64,000 bases of DNA from Eledone cirrhosa. Lineage: Eukaryota. Shown one piece after another: positions 1-12,419 of this stretch. Under the pieces are notes generated by a model. The model did not search any database, was not told the DNA's origin, and saw only the letters and a list, made by a program, of their open reading frames with translations. Numbering within the stretch: position 1 is the first letter of the stretch; each line of letters opens with the position of its first letter. The position numbers were made by a program, and so were the translations under genes. The stretch spans positions 12,524,001 through 12,588,000 of the forward strand of contig OZ024757.1 in assembly GCA_964016885.1 (NCBI GenBank), in the 5' to 3' direction.

Positions 1-626
1 TAGTATATGTTAATTAGGTTTATAATAATTAAAACAGATATTGTATTTTATCTATAGTAGAATATAATTATAGGTAAACAGAAATTAAAATTAATACATA
101 CACATATACACATATATATACATATATATATATATATATACATATATATACATACATATACATATTTTTTCAAAAATTGCAAAGAATATATTAACTAGGT
201 ATACATCCAAAACCTATCTCAGTCTATGATTACATGACACTCTGCAATCCATCTGTATTAGGATATTAATTTTAAGCCAATTAAATTAAATTTTTAGGTT
301 AACCAAATTTAAAACCAAATTATAAATATATTTCTAAAATGTACATTAATTAGGTCTATAATACTAAAAATTATTTCTCTGTCATTGAATACACGATATT
401 TTGTTATATTTTATCTGTAAAGGAATTTTAATAAAAGGTTAAATAAATTAAAATTAATCTATAAATTAATTTACGAAGTATATATTAGTAATATTTAAAA
501 GTTTTTCACAATTTATGATTACACAATATTTTATAATCTCATCTGTAGTAGAATTTTAATTAAATTAAATTTATAGGTTAACCAACATTTAAATTAAATT
601 ATATAATAATTTCTAAAATAATGTTA

Positions 627-3059
627 TTAATTAGGTTTATAATATTTAAATGTTTTTCTTAGTTTATGATTACACGATATAATTAATTCCTGTCGTTTAT
701 TTAATAGGATATCCTTAGATTTCATTATTTCAAATAGTTCTTGGGAACATAATCTACATTCATTTCTATTATTTTGATAAGGGGTGGCTCTTTTGAGCAC
801 ACTCCAGGTCATATCATATTCTATATTCTTATTTTTATAACTATTGATTTTTTCTGCTAGAGATGTTGTATTAGCCAGTGCGGCATTTTTAAAACTATGT
901 TTGTGGGTATTAAACCTTGCCTTAAAATTGTTAGAAGTAGCTCCTATATATGAGCAAATAGAATCTTTAGTTTTAACATTACATTTATAAACTATGTTGT
1001 TAACAAGACAATTTCCTTTTAATGGGCAGTTTGCTTTGTTTCTACAGTTACAACCTTTCGTTAATTCTGTATTTGAGGAGATATTATGGTTAGTTTGATG
1101 TATTGGTGGTATACTTATGGTATTCTTACATTTATATGCATTATAGGCACTTATATTTTGTTTTATGTTATTTGTTGTTGAGTATGAGAATTTAACTGTA
1201 GACCTATTTAAGATTTGATGGTATTTGTGGTTTGGCGGGAAGTTTTTCTCTAGGATATAAAATTTTTTTTTAGCAATATTATCCTTAATTTGTAAATTAA
1301 ATGGAGCATTATACCAAGTAACCCGTCTATTACGGTTTCTATGTTGTTTATTATTTTTATAGGTTGTATCGTGATGTTTACTAGGAGGATTAATGTTAAT
1401 GATCTCACCCCGCACATTTTTAGTTAGATTTGTAAATTTAGGTGTTTTATCTTGTTTATTAGGAGTTTTATTATTAACATTTATTAGAGTTGTATGATGA
1501 GTAGTTTTTTGAGAGTTACTATACTTTATATTAGAAGAGTTGGTATTTTGGGGTATAGTGTGGGTGGCATTTATGTGTGTACTTTTCATTTGGTGTTTGT
1601 TGGTAATATTAGGTTGTATGTTTATAGTATTTTTAGTAGAAGGTATATATTCTAATCTATTTTTGTGGCCACTTCTATCTAGAGCTTCGTTATAGAAGGT
1701 CGCATTTTTATCAAATACATCTTGGTTAGAAGAAAGGTTAGAAATTCTAAGTGATATATTATATGCAAGGTTTTTAAGGATAGATTTAGGGTGATTAGAT
1801 TGTGAGTGTATGTAGTGTAAGTTTTGGTTGGGTTTATGGTAAGGTTGGTAGATACCCGTAGCTAAGTCTAAAGTTATATCTAGGAAATTTACTACTTTAC
1901 TTGTTTTTTCAAAAGTAATATGAAGACTATAATAGTCTTTAAGGAAAGTTATAATATGCTTTTTGTTTTTTTCTATTTCTGAAAGGCTAAGGTTGTTGGA
2001 AAGAAGAAGACAGTCATCACGATATAAACCACCTTTAAGGTGGGGAAAGGAGGCATTTATGTTGAAAAGGAGAAAGAGGCCCACAAGATCAGTAATTTGG
2101 GCGGAATCGCTTGAACCCATAGTAATATCAAATAGATTACTATATGTGTTTCTGGTCCAGTATTCATTCTGAAATTCAATAAGTGTTAGTCTAGCATGTG
2201 TAATAATATTAATGTCATCCAAAGTTAAGTTAGATCTATTTTTAGCAAATATCAATGCTTTGTTCAGGAGTATAGGTGATATAGAAGAATAGTAATTATC
2301 TATATCAAATTGTAGAAATGAAGCAGAAGATTTACATCTAATATTTTTAAACCAGTTAATTACCTGGGAAGTGTTTTCCCAGAGTGGTAAAATAACGTGT
2401 TTTCTTATTTGTGGGATGACTCTATCCAAAAATTTTTTGCTAATTATTCCAATATCAGATTTGGAGGGACATATAAGTCTTATAGAAGGATTTGAGTTAA
2501 AGTTTGATTTATGATCCTTCAGGTTGAAGTGTGGTCTTTTCAATGCCAAAGGTTCAGTTCTATCTTCAATGTTTAGTTTTTTTACTATGTTGTGTGTTTT
2601 GTTGTTGATGTTGGTGAGTGACGCATTATTAGATATTTTATAATTTTTCCTGAGTTCTTTATATATGAACTCATTATAATCTTCAATATCCATGTGATAC
2701 AAGTTACCAGTTTTGTCCGAGTGGACATGGATTTTTTTAGACTTTTTTAGGTCCAATAGGGTAGAATCAAGGTCCTTTTGAAAGACAGATTTATACTTTT
2801 TAAATTTGAGGTGTTTAATTAAATTAAAAAGGTCTTTCTCAAAGTCTTCAAGCAAAGAGTTGTGTGGTGGATTCTTGTAAGTATTGAAATCATACATATA
2901 TTTCCTATCTGCATATTTAGATTTTTTATCGAAGTGGTAGGCCCTCCATCTAACTCTTCTGATAAATTGGTTAGTTTTTTTAATCATAAGGAGTAAGAAA
3001 TCATCCTTAGAAGGTATTGGTATGTTCTTTAAAGAGGTTCCCAAATATTGTTTTTCCAT
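627..3059 (-). CDS. Penelope-like element RT + C-terminal GIY-YIG endonuclease, uninterrupted ORF (~810 aa; possibly Hydra clade)
   Basis: N-terminus SLKNIPIP..RRVRWRAYHF; RT motifs FLQFDIDNYYSSI, TMGSSDS, GLYRDDCL; thumb YHKPN..YIHSQSNHP; endonuclease CNCR..CPLKGNC..IVYKC..YIGAT..FKARFNTH..CRLC..E. Likely ATG at 3059 (MEKQYLG). Confidence 0.93.
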   Translation of the reverse strand: MEKQYLGTSLKNIPIPSKDDFLLLMIKKTNQFIRRVRWRAYHFDKKSKYADRKYMYDFNTYKNPPHNSLLEDFEKDLFNLIKHLKFKKYKSVFQKDLDSTLLDLKKSKKIHVHSDKTGNLYHMDIEDYNEFIYKELRKNYKISNNASLTNINNKTHNIVKKLNIEDRTEPLALKRPHFNLKDHKSNFNSNPSIRLICPSKSDIGIISKKFLDRVIPQIRKHVILPLWENTSQVINWFKNIRCKSSASFLQFDIDNYYSSISPILLNKALIFAKNRSNLTLDDINIITHARLTLIEFQNEYWTRNTYSNLFDITMGSSDSAQITDLVGLFLLFNINASFPHLKGGLYRDDCLLLSNNLSLSEIEKNKKHIITFLKDYYSLHITFEKTSKVVNFLDITLDLATGIYQPYHKPNQNLHYIHSQSNHPKSILKNLAYNISLRISNLSSNQDVFDKNATFYNEALDRSGHKNRLEYIPSTKNTINIQPNITNKHQMKSTHINATHTIPQNTNSSNIKYSNSQKTTHHTTLINVNNKTPNKQDKTPKFTNLTKNVRGEIININPPSKHHDTTYKNNKQHRNRNRRVTWYNAPFNLQIKDNIAKKKFYILEKNFPPNHKYHQILNRSTVKFSYSTTNNIKQNISAYNAYKCKNTISIPPIHQTNHNISSNTELTKGCNCRNKANCPLKGNCLVNNIVYKCNVKTKDSICSYIGATSNNFKARFNTHKHSFKNAALANTTSLAEKINSYKNKNIEYDMTWSVLKRATPYQNNRNECRLCSQELFEIMKSKDILLNKRQELIISCNHKLRKTFKYYKPN

Positions 3060-3383
3060 TGTGATATGGATGATGGACAATTGAAAGAGCTCAACTAAAT
3101 GTATATGGGTTTACAAAATCATACATATATATGTATATACATAAATATAAAATTAACACACACATACAGTACAAAAATACGAATATTTCCGTGAAAATAG
3201 GAGCAAAATTATGTAGATAAATCTACCAAGAGTTTACGGTAGTGTCCAATCCGTATGAAGAACTCAATGTAATCCGGATATCATGGAAAGAAGAGATGCA
3301 ATGAAAAATCACTTTCGGTGAAAGATAAACGGAATACAGAGTCAAGATAAAATGTTAAAAAAATAATGAATAAAACAATGAAA

Positions 3384-4145
3384 CCTCCTAGTAAACATCA
3401 CGATACAACCTATAAAAATAATAAACAACATAGAAACCGTAATAGACGGGTTACTTGGTATAATGCTCCATTTAATTTACAAATTAAGGATAATATTGCT
3501 AAAAAATTGTTTTATATCCTAGAGAAAAACTTCCCGTCAAACCACAAATACCATCAAATCTTAAATAGGTCTACAGTTAAATTCTCATACTCAACAACAA
3601 ATAACATAAAACAAAATATAAGTGCCTATAATGCATATAAATGAAAGAATACCATAAGTATACCACCAATACATCAAACTAACCATAATATCTCCTCAAA
3701 TACAGAATTAACGAAAGGTTGTAACTGTAGAAACAAAACAAACTACCCATTAAAAGGAAATTGTCTTGTTAACAACATAGTTTATAAATGTAATGTTAAA
3801 ACTAAAGATTCTATTTGCTCATATATAGGAGCTACTTCTAACAATTTTAAGGCAAGGTTTAATACCCACAAACATAGTTTTAAAAATGCCGCACTGGCTA
3901 ATACAACATCTCTAGCAGAAAAAATCAATAGTTATAAAAATAAGAATATAGAATATGATATGACCTGGAGTGTGCTCAAAAGAGCCACCCCTTATCAAAA
4001 TAATAGAAATGAATGTAGATTATGTTCCCAAGAACTATTTGAAATAATGAAATCTAAGGATATCCTATTAAATAAACGACAGGAATTAATTATATCGTGT
4101 AATCATAAACTAAGAAAAACATTTAAATATTATAAACCTAATTAA
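3384..4145 (+). pseudogene. Inverted, 5'-truncated copy of the GIY-YIG end of the PLE ORF
   Basis: Same protein as 627-1388 but with a TGT->TGA stop at ~3642 and a C->Y change in the CPLKGNC motif. Confidence 0.9.
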
Positions 4146-5204
4146 TAACATTATTTTAGAAATTATTATATAATTTAATTTAAATGTTGGTTAACCTATA
4201 AATTTAATTTAATTAAAATTCTACTACAGATGAGATTATAAAATATTGTGTAATCATAAATTGTGAAAAACTTTTAAATATTACTAATATATACTTCGTA
4301 AATTAATTTATAGATTAATTTTAATTTATTTAACCTTTTATTAAAATTCCTTTACAGATAAAATATAACAAAATATCGTGTATTCAATGACAGAGAAATA
4401 ATTTTTAGTATTATAGACCTAATTAATGTACATTTTAGAAATATATTTATAATTTGGTTTTAAATTTGGTTAACCTAAAAATTTAATTTAATTGGCTTAA
4501 AATTAATATCCTAATACAGATGGATTGCAGAGTGTCATGTAATCATAGACTGAGATAGGTTTTGGATGTATACCTAGTTAATATATTCTTTGCAATTTTT
4601 GAAAAAATATGTATATGTATGTATATATATGTATATATATATATATATATGTATATATATGTGTATATGTGTATGTATTAATTTTAATTTCTGTTTACCT
4701 ATAATTATATTCTACTATAGATAAAATACAATATCTGTTTTAATTATTATAAACCTAATTAACATATACTATAGAAATTAATATATAATTTTTAATTTAG
4801 TTAACCTATAATTTATATTCTACTACCGATGTAATACTTTATTTGTTTTTTTCCCTATTACTAAATTCATTTCCTAATATTGATACCATAACGTTAATAA
4901 TTTTAATTTAGTTATACTATAATTAATACTCTACTACTATTTAACTTCAAAATTCCGCTTCAAATATTATAAACCTAAGTAGTATACACCTTAGAAATCA
5001 ATATATTAACTATCTTTAATTTAGTTAACCTATAATTAATGGTATACTTATATTGAAATGCATAATTTTGCCTTCTTTCTTACATTTCCTAATACTGAAA
5101 CTACTATGTAAACACATATTATGATCTAAATGCAGATTAATATTCTATGTTTCTTAAAACCTATATTTACTATAATCCCCCCCCCCTTTTCCCCCCTACT
5201 ATTA

Positions 5205-5323
5205 TTATTTGTATTTGTAAGCGTGGATGTATGTATGTATATGTAGGTAGGTATGTATGTTTGGGTGTTTGTATGTGAGTATAAAAATACATATGTGCGC
5301 ATGTAAATAAGGGTGTATGATTG

Positions 5324-5356
<33 letters not shown>

Positions 5357-5578
5357 GTGTATATATATATATATGTATATGTATGTGTATATATATATAT
5401 GTATATATGTATTTATGTGGGTATATGTGTGTATGTATATGTATGCACATATATATGTCTATGTGTATATGTGTGTATGTGTATATATGTACGTATGTGC
5501 GCATGTATATGTGAGTGTATGTATATATATATATATATATTTGTAGTTGATGTGTGTATGTGTATATATATATGTATG

Positions 5579-5612
<34 letters not shown>

Positions 5613-5759
5613 TATATATATGTGTGTATGTATATATATATGTATATGTATGTGTGTGCATATTTGTCTGACTGTGTGTATTAATTTATTTATTTACTTA
5701 TTTATTTTATTTTTTTATATATATGTATATATGTATATATATGTATATGTGTATGTATA

Positions 5760-5804
<45 letters not shown>

Positions 5805-6111
5805 GTGTATATATGTATGTGTGTGTATATATATGTATGTGTGTATGTATGTGTATGTATGTGTGTTTGTGTGTGTACGTGTGTATATATTTATATGTGT
5901 ATATGTATCTCTATTTATATATGTATATATGTGTATGTATATCCCTTTATTTATGTATGTCTGAGTTGTGTGAGCGTGTGGTGGTGTTTGTATGTATATA
6001 CGCATACATGGATGTGTATGTATGTTATATATGCGTATATGTATGTGTGTATGTGTGTGTGAGTATATATGTATGTCTATGTATGAGTATGTATGTGTGT
6101 GTATATATATA

Positions 6112-6160
<49 letters not shown>

Positions 6161-6232
6161 TATATGTGTGTGTATGTGTGTATATATATCTTTATATATG
6201 TGTATGTGTGTGTATGTATGTGTGTATGTATA

Positions 6233-6311
<79 letters not shown>

Positions 6312-6373
6312 TTATATGTGGGTATGTATGTGTATGTGTGTATAATCATGAGTGTGTTTATATATGTGTGTAG

Positions 6374-6416
<43 letters not shown>

Positions 6417-6631
6417 AGTTGTGAATGTGTATATATATATATGTATGCGTGTATGTGTATATATATATATATGTGTGTATATGTGTATATGTCTATGTAT
6501 TTATATGTGTATATGTATGTGTCTCTATATGTATGCGTGTGTGTATGTGTATGTGTATTTATATGGTGTGTGTATGTATATTATGTGTATGTGTGTGTTT
6601 GTGTATATGTGTATGTATATGTATGTATATG

Positions 6632-6700
<69 letters not shown>
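5205..6700. repeat. (TA)n/(TG)n/(TATG)n low-complexity tract inside the PLE 3' region
   Basis: Direct reading; source of the spurious YI/CV ORFs. Confidence 0.97.
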
Positions 6701-6704
<4 letters not shown>

Positions 6705-7302
6705 TTGATATATTTCTTTTTTCTTTTTCTTTTCTTTTTATTTCTAAATTTATAGATACATTTATAAATAGGCAGTCTGCCAACACCGGTGAATACTGAC
6801 CTCTTCTCCCCGCCCCCCACCTACTTTCTGTATCTGGATCTAAATATGTGTGGCAGTGTTTATGTGCGCGCATTAATGTCCATTTGCTTATGATAATAGT
6901 GTATACACATGTATATGTGTGTGGGGGTGTGTGTGTGTATGTATGTTCGTGGTTGTGTGTATGTTTATGCGTATACGCGCGTGTGTGTGTGAATGTACCT
7001 ATATGTGTGAGTATATGAATGTGTGTATATATTTATTTTTATATTTATATGTGTATACGTATTTTATCTGTAGATTATAAACATACAGAGACATTAGCCT
7101 TGAATTTTTGTATTTACATACATCTTTTTGGCATGCGTATGCATGTGAACATATATCTTTATGCATATCTGTGAACGAAGTTACTTACATATATATACAC
7201 ACACCTAACTGTATAAACTTTTTGTATTTTCATTGGTCAATTTGAACTCTGTTCCCAAACAGACCTGTAATTTTGAATTGTTGTTATTATCAATAAATAT
7301 AT

Positions 7303-7456
7303 TTCATTATTTCTGAAGACGGCTTATATATGTGTTGGTATGTATATTTAATTTTGATAGTTTGTATAATTTTGTATAATTTTGTACATAGATCTGTTGA
7401 ATATGCATGCCAATTCTAACACATATATATCCTAGAAACGATCGTTAAATAATGAA
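7303..7456 (+). ncRNA. Type I hammerhead ribozyme with very long stem II
   Basis: ttcattattt-CTGAAGA(7313)-[~115 nt hairpin]-GAAA(7435)-cgatcg-TT-aaataatgaa; perfect 10-bp stem I and palindromic stem III. Confidence 0.8.
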
Positions 7457-7510
7457 CTTTTTTTGTTTAATATAAGGAACTGTTTCATTGTTTTATTCAT
7501 TATTTTTTTA

Positions 7511-7588
<78 letters not shown>

Positions 7589-7714
7589 AAAGTTCTATTT
7601 AAATTGTTGGGATACAACAAGCAAATATTTTTATAACTGATATAAAGCACTCGACAAATATTGGAGTAGATATACGATATTAACAAATGGAAACTATATT
7701 TATAAAACCATATT

Positions 7715-7779
7715 TATTTCATTATACATATTTCAAGGATACCAAGTTAAACCATGGTATGCCTTCATCAGACAAAATA
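7715..7779 (-). ncRNA. Type I hammerhead ribozyme (inverted pLTR copy)
   Basis: Reverse complement reads ttttgt-CTGATGA-aggcatacca..tggtatcctt-GAAA-tatgta-TA-atgaaa. Confidence 0.7.
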
Positions 7780-10044
7780 CAATATATACCAGTTTTATAA
7801 ATAAACATTGACGTACCCTTTCAAAATGCAACCGTTACTTTTGGAAGACATCAGGATAGTGGTTTGTTTATTTTAGTAAGTCGTTGTGTTAAGGAGAAGT
7901 AAAAAGACGGAGAGAGAGAGAAACGTGGGGAAAAGAAAGGGAGAGATAAATAAAGAAAAGCCTATCTAGCCTATTATGGGACCTAAAACGAGATAATGTT
8001 GAATATTCGCTGATTTGGAATATTATTTCATAAGCTACTCCTTTTAATTCCTCTTCGGAAAATTGCGATCTTTGTATACAGGAAATATTCTTTATATTAA
8101 AGACCAAAAATTCCCTTAATTTAAGGAATAATTTATTCAGTTGCTGCAGACATAGATTGAACTCAACGTTTAAATATAAATATAAATTTAAAATGTAGTG
8201 TAGTAAGACGCCTCACGCCCCCTGGCAGATAATAGACCAAGCCTAGTTGTCTCCCCCTGGTTGAGAACACCAGAGGTAAACTCAGACAGCCACGGGAAAG
8301 CAGACGGTATACACGCCACAGAAAACACCCTCTGTACCACGAAACGATAAACAGCCCTCGGGAACAGCAAACACCACAATACCTTTGTAATTGTAATACG
8401 CTCCCTTCACTACAACTGGATCACATATATTTGGTATGTTTCATTTGTAATATAATAAACACATATAAGCAAAATAAACATCACCATTATTTACATTGTT
8501 AAATATAACTCTCGTTGTGGTTATTGTCTTGTTTACGCACACATCCACTCACTTGTTATAATTCTCACTTACAAAAATGGTAAATAGACGAGGGACCTTC
8601 CCTCACGTCTATGTCGATAAACAATCCAACTAGGATACCTCATTTTACCACAGTAGTATAATTAAGTAAGTAATTTGGTTAATATATGAAACCTGTCGAT
8701 AAATCATTAGATTCCTTCACCTTTTTCATTTTCTTTGGTTAAGTACTAAAGTATAAATAAATTTTCTTCCTAAATATAAATATAAATATAATAAACTATT
8801 CTAGAAAAGTTTATCCTTTCAGTATCTTGAGTAAAATATACGTAAGATAAATTTCTATAATAAATCTATTAAACATATTATTTTAACTTAAAATATTCTA
8901 TAATATTTTAAAATATTTTAATATTTTGATATTTGTAGAATTCTTTTGTTTTTAAGTTATATTGATATAATTATATTTCCAAAATATAATCCTTTTGTAT
9001 TTTATATACTCAATTGTACTATGTAATATATTGATGTATACTTATCTCTATACGACTATGTATGTATATATGTGTATTAACATACATATACATGTGTTAT
9101 ATGCTTTTTTATGACTATATGTCTGTCTGTGTATATGCATGAGTGACGCGTGTCTACCAATTGGGTGAAGATGCACACACATATTTATATATGTATATCT
9201 AAGAATTGTGTGTGTACATGTACATGGTTACCCATGCAGTTTTGATTGCAGATATGCATAATTTATCAGCCATAAATGCATGAAAGTTAATCCTATATAT
9301 TTATATATATATACTAAATTATTTTTATTTAATAACACAAGGAATGTATAGCAGTAATAAAAAAATCACTTATGCTTTGTATGTATATATTATATAGATA
9401 TAATGTATATATTATATAGATATATGTATATATTATATAGATATAATGTGTATTTTCTGAATGTGTGTGTATATATATATTTATGTATCTTTGCCTATAT
9501 GTACGTGCTATATGATAGGTAATTTCTCTAGCAATATATATATTTCGTAATGTTTAAATTCCAATTTTTAATATATTGATCTCAATTTTTAAACTAAATA
9601 TCTAATCATAATTAAACAATGATTAATTTCTCATACTATATATGTATATTCCATTCATGAATATTAATATTTCTAATTTTATTTATTCATTTCATCTCAA
9701 TTGTTAACTCAACTTAATATGACATGACTTAAGGTTTTCGTTCTCTCCCCCTCTCTCTATCTCTATATTTCTCTATCTTGATTTTTTCTCTCTGTCTGGT
9801 GGTTTGATATCTCTCTGTTCTTTTCCTGTTTTCTTTTTTTCTTTTTTTCTTTTTTCTTTCTTCTTTTTCTTTCTTTATCTCTCCCTTTCTTTTCTCCACG
9901 TTTCTCTCTCTCTCCGTCTTTTTACTTCTCCTTAACACAACGACTTACTAACATAAACAAACCACTACCCTGATGTCTTCCAAAAGTAACGGTTGCATTT
10001 TGAAAGGGTACGTCAATGTTTATTTATAAAACTGGTATATATTG

Positions 10045-10108
10045 TATTTTGTCTGATGAAGTCATACCATGGTTTAACTTGGTATCCTTGAAATATGTAT
10101 AATGAAAA
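10045..10108 (+). ncRNA. Type I hammerhead ribozyme
   Basis: CTGATGA at 10053, stem II atacca/tggtat, GAAA at 10090, TA cleavage site, G-U-rich stem I. Confidence 0.7.
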
Positions 10109-10183
10109 TGGTTTTATAAATATAGTTTCCATTTGTTAATATCGTATATATATATATATGTAATAAACAACATAAGGCAATTA

Positions 10184-10244
10184 TTTCATTTACCAGTGGT
10201 TTCTTAAAAGCAAACAAATTTTGCTTTCAATCATCAGAATGAAA
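10184..10244 (-). ncRNA. Type I hammerhead ribozyme (solo pLTR fragment of the 44-49 kb PLE family)
   Basis: Reverse complement reads tttcatt-CTGATGA-ttgaaagcaaa..tttgcttttaa-GAAA-ccactgg-TA-aatgaaa. Confidence 0.85.
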
Positions 10245-10477
10245 AAATCCTGGTGTATTTATTGGCATTGTTACCTACATAGAGCACTCTTTTTTCCTGG
10301 ACATTTGCGACGGAATTACTTTATTTTTATATATATATATATTAGAAAGTGAGTTTTTTTTACAAAATGAAAAATAACCGAGGTGTCCTACACGAGAGAA
10401 AGTATAAAGAAAAAAAGATGAAATCGAAAATGCAACTGGAGTCTTATTTAAAAAAATATATATATATATTTATTTGG

Positions 10478-10518
10478 TTCCTTTACCGGTTTCGCAGTTC
10501 TTCTGCTTTTCAAAAGTA
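10478..10518 (-). ncRNA. Hammerhead-like motif with variant core (TTGAAAA)
   Basis: Reverse complement reads ctt-TTGAAAA-gcag aagaa ctgc-GAAA-ccgg-TA-aagg. Confidence 0.45.
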
Positions 10519-10561
10519 GAGTTGAGATGGAGGGTCTTTGGTTTTTCAACCAAATAAATAT

Positions 10562-11606
10562 ACCAGATAGAAAAATGCGTACAGCAAAAAAAAGTAATAT
10601 TGTTGGAATATAAACCTTTAAAAATACAGGACAAGAAACTAAAATAAAACTTTAAAAGAATAGGACAAGAAACTAAGATAAAACTTTAAAGAATTGGACA
10701 AGAAATAAAAAAATTTACAATAATATTAGTGGCAAAATTTTTATTGGTAAAAAATCGAGTTCCACATTCATAGGCTCTGGGTTCCATATTCAAAGGTCGT
10801 CGTCAGACCGAGGGGATCATATGATCCTGGTTTGAACACCAATTGAGCCATAACCATACCCCTATTTCATCATTCGGCGACACGCCTCATGTGTCATGCA
10901 TAATGTGAATGGACCCATGGGCCCATGAGCTCAGATCTTGAGCAGCAGCAGACGGTCTTGTCGTCCCGCTCATCCTTGATCTTGACCAACCTGTCCATCT
11001 TCTCCTTGCATCTTGTCCTTGAGTTCAAGTCCGGCAGTCCAGATGAATGCGTGCCACAGCTTTCTGGTACAGGAGGACTGGAGGGATGACGGGACAGAGG
11101 GAGGGAGGACCGGTGGTTGAGGGAGGTGCCGTAGTCGGTGGTCAGAGTCGACATCTTGTCCCAGTCGTCTTCTCCATCTTCGTCTGGTGTTGCGGGACCA
11201 GAAGTGCATTCTTGGAGGAGACCTGCAGCTGCATCGGCCAATTCTTCTTGCAATGGTCATTCTGACGGAGCAGAACTGCTCAGCCAACCAACCCCAACCA
11301 GAACCAACCACCTCAGGGGCAACGCACAATGAGAGCATGACAATTATTATGCACTAATCAAGAAGATACTGGGGCATAGCACAGGAAACGAATAAAAAAA
11401 ATTTGCCACTAATATTATTGTAAAATTTTTTTATTTCTTGTCCAATTCTTTAAAGTTTTATCTTAGTTTCTTGTCCTATTCTTTTAAAGTTTTATCTTAG
11501 TTTCTTGTCCTATTCTTTTAAAGTTTTATTTTAGTTTCCTGTATTTTTAAAGGTTTATATTCCAACAATATTACTTTTTTTTGCTGTACGCATTTTTCTA
11601 TCTGGT
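10562..11606. repeat. ~190-bp inverted repeat (10562-10745 vs 11392-11606) flanking a GC-rich cassette
   Basis: Direct reverse-complement match, including an internal ~33-bp tandem subunit (ggacaagaaactaagataaaactttaaa). Confidence 0.9.
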
Positions 11607-11879
11607 CTACTATTTTTTAAGGCAATGCAAGCAACAATTATCTAATAATTAAACGATCATAGTGAATTACTGACAAGTGATTGACATTTTAAAGTTCTTT
11701 TGAGTATAATTGCAATCTAGTTGAGGCAACTGGCTTAATGACAAAGCTAGTAAATCATGAATGCATTTGAGATGATTAGTGCATAATAGTGAATTGGTGA
11801 AACTTGTGCATTTCAATGGTGTTACAACAATAGATGTAAGTTATATAGTAGTAATACTTTATCATTTTAACTTTTTAGA

Positions 11880-12239
11880 ATGGACAAAAACCCATGCAAA
11901 GAAATGACTTTGACTGCAGTGATTCTCTCCAATTTACTTACAAAGCAAAACGTGGTCAAATACCTTATCATCTGTGATAAAATGCCCATTGAATCACTGA
12001 AAATCGGATGCATGGAATTAATCATAAAATGCACCTATGAATCGGAAGCCATCACATATATCAATGGATATAGGGAGTTGTTCACACTGGAAGACCATCA
12101 CTTCATTTGTGACTTCATCAGTTATCTCCACGATCATCTCAGACACCCAATGCCATTGATGAGAGGTGATCCAATGTGTGAGCATGTAACTAATCTTATA
12201 GAAGTTGTTATCGACCACCTGGCTTTTAGTGACATTTGA
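11880..12239 (+). CDS. Helentron cargo ORF, possible BACK-like (BTB-associated) helical domain
   Basis: NLLTKQNVVKYLIICDKMPIESLKIGCMELII resembles the L-x-x-x-N-V-x-x-x-L-x-x-A-x5-L-K-x-x-C-x-x-x-I pattern of SPOP/KLHL 3-box/BACK; preceded by a ttttAG acceptor at 11878. Confidence 0.35.
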   Translation: MDKNPCKEMTLTAVILSNLLTKQNVVKYLIICDKMPIESLKIGCMELIIKCTYESEAITYINGYRELFTLEDHHFICDFISYLHDHLRHPMPLMRGDPMCEHVTNLIEVVIDHLAFSDI

Positions 12240-12419
12240 CTGATTTGACTGATAATGATGTATTTTTAAAAAGTATGTGTACATTCTTGTTACTATTTTA
12301 AGGCAATGCAAGCAACAACTATTTAATAAAATTTTAATTTAAAAATGACCATTGTGCATTACTAGTATGATGACATTTTATTAAGTCACAAAATTAGTCA
12401 GTCAGCCATAGAACAAGAA

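Larger units (their letters stand above)
1..7518. mobile_element. Penelope-like element with inverted partial copy (1-1388 vs 3384-4771); long microsatellite-rich 3' region and pLTR end at ~7518
   Basis: Near-perfect inverted repeat (coordinate sum 4772). The terminal ~38 nt at 7482-7518 recur inverted at 3346-3383 just upstream of the ORF. HHR in the pLTR; element ends in (TA)n. Confidence 0.85.
7670..10149 (+). mobile_element. 5'-truncated PLE: GIY-YIG C-terminal remnant (~7958-8185) with inverted pLTRs (7670-7870 vs 9953-10149)
   Basis: Plus-strand translation SLSSLLWDLKRDNVEYSLIWNIIS*ATPFNSSSENCDLCIQEIFFIL..SCCRHR; ~200-bp terminal inverted repeat containing an HHR. Confidence 0.8.

Noticed and set aside
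3642-3644. TGT->TGA at a Cys codon, suggesting selenocysteine as in Naiad PLEs
   Set aside because: Single change in a truncated copy that has other substitutions; the full copy has TGT, and no SECIS or recurrent Cys/TGA pattern was seen.
5205-6873. Many overlapping 60-220 aa ORFs rich in Y/I/C/V/M/H/T (also 25.6-26.4, 34.3-34.7, 44.8-45.5, 48-49.3 and 54.5 kb)
   Set aside because: Translations of (TA)n/(TG)n microsatellites, which lack stop codons.
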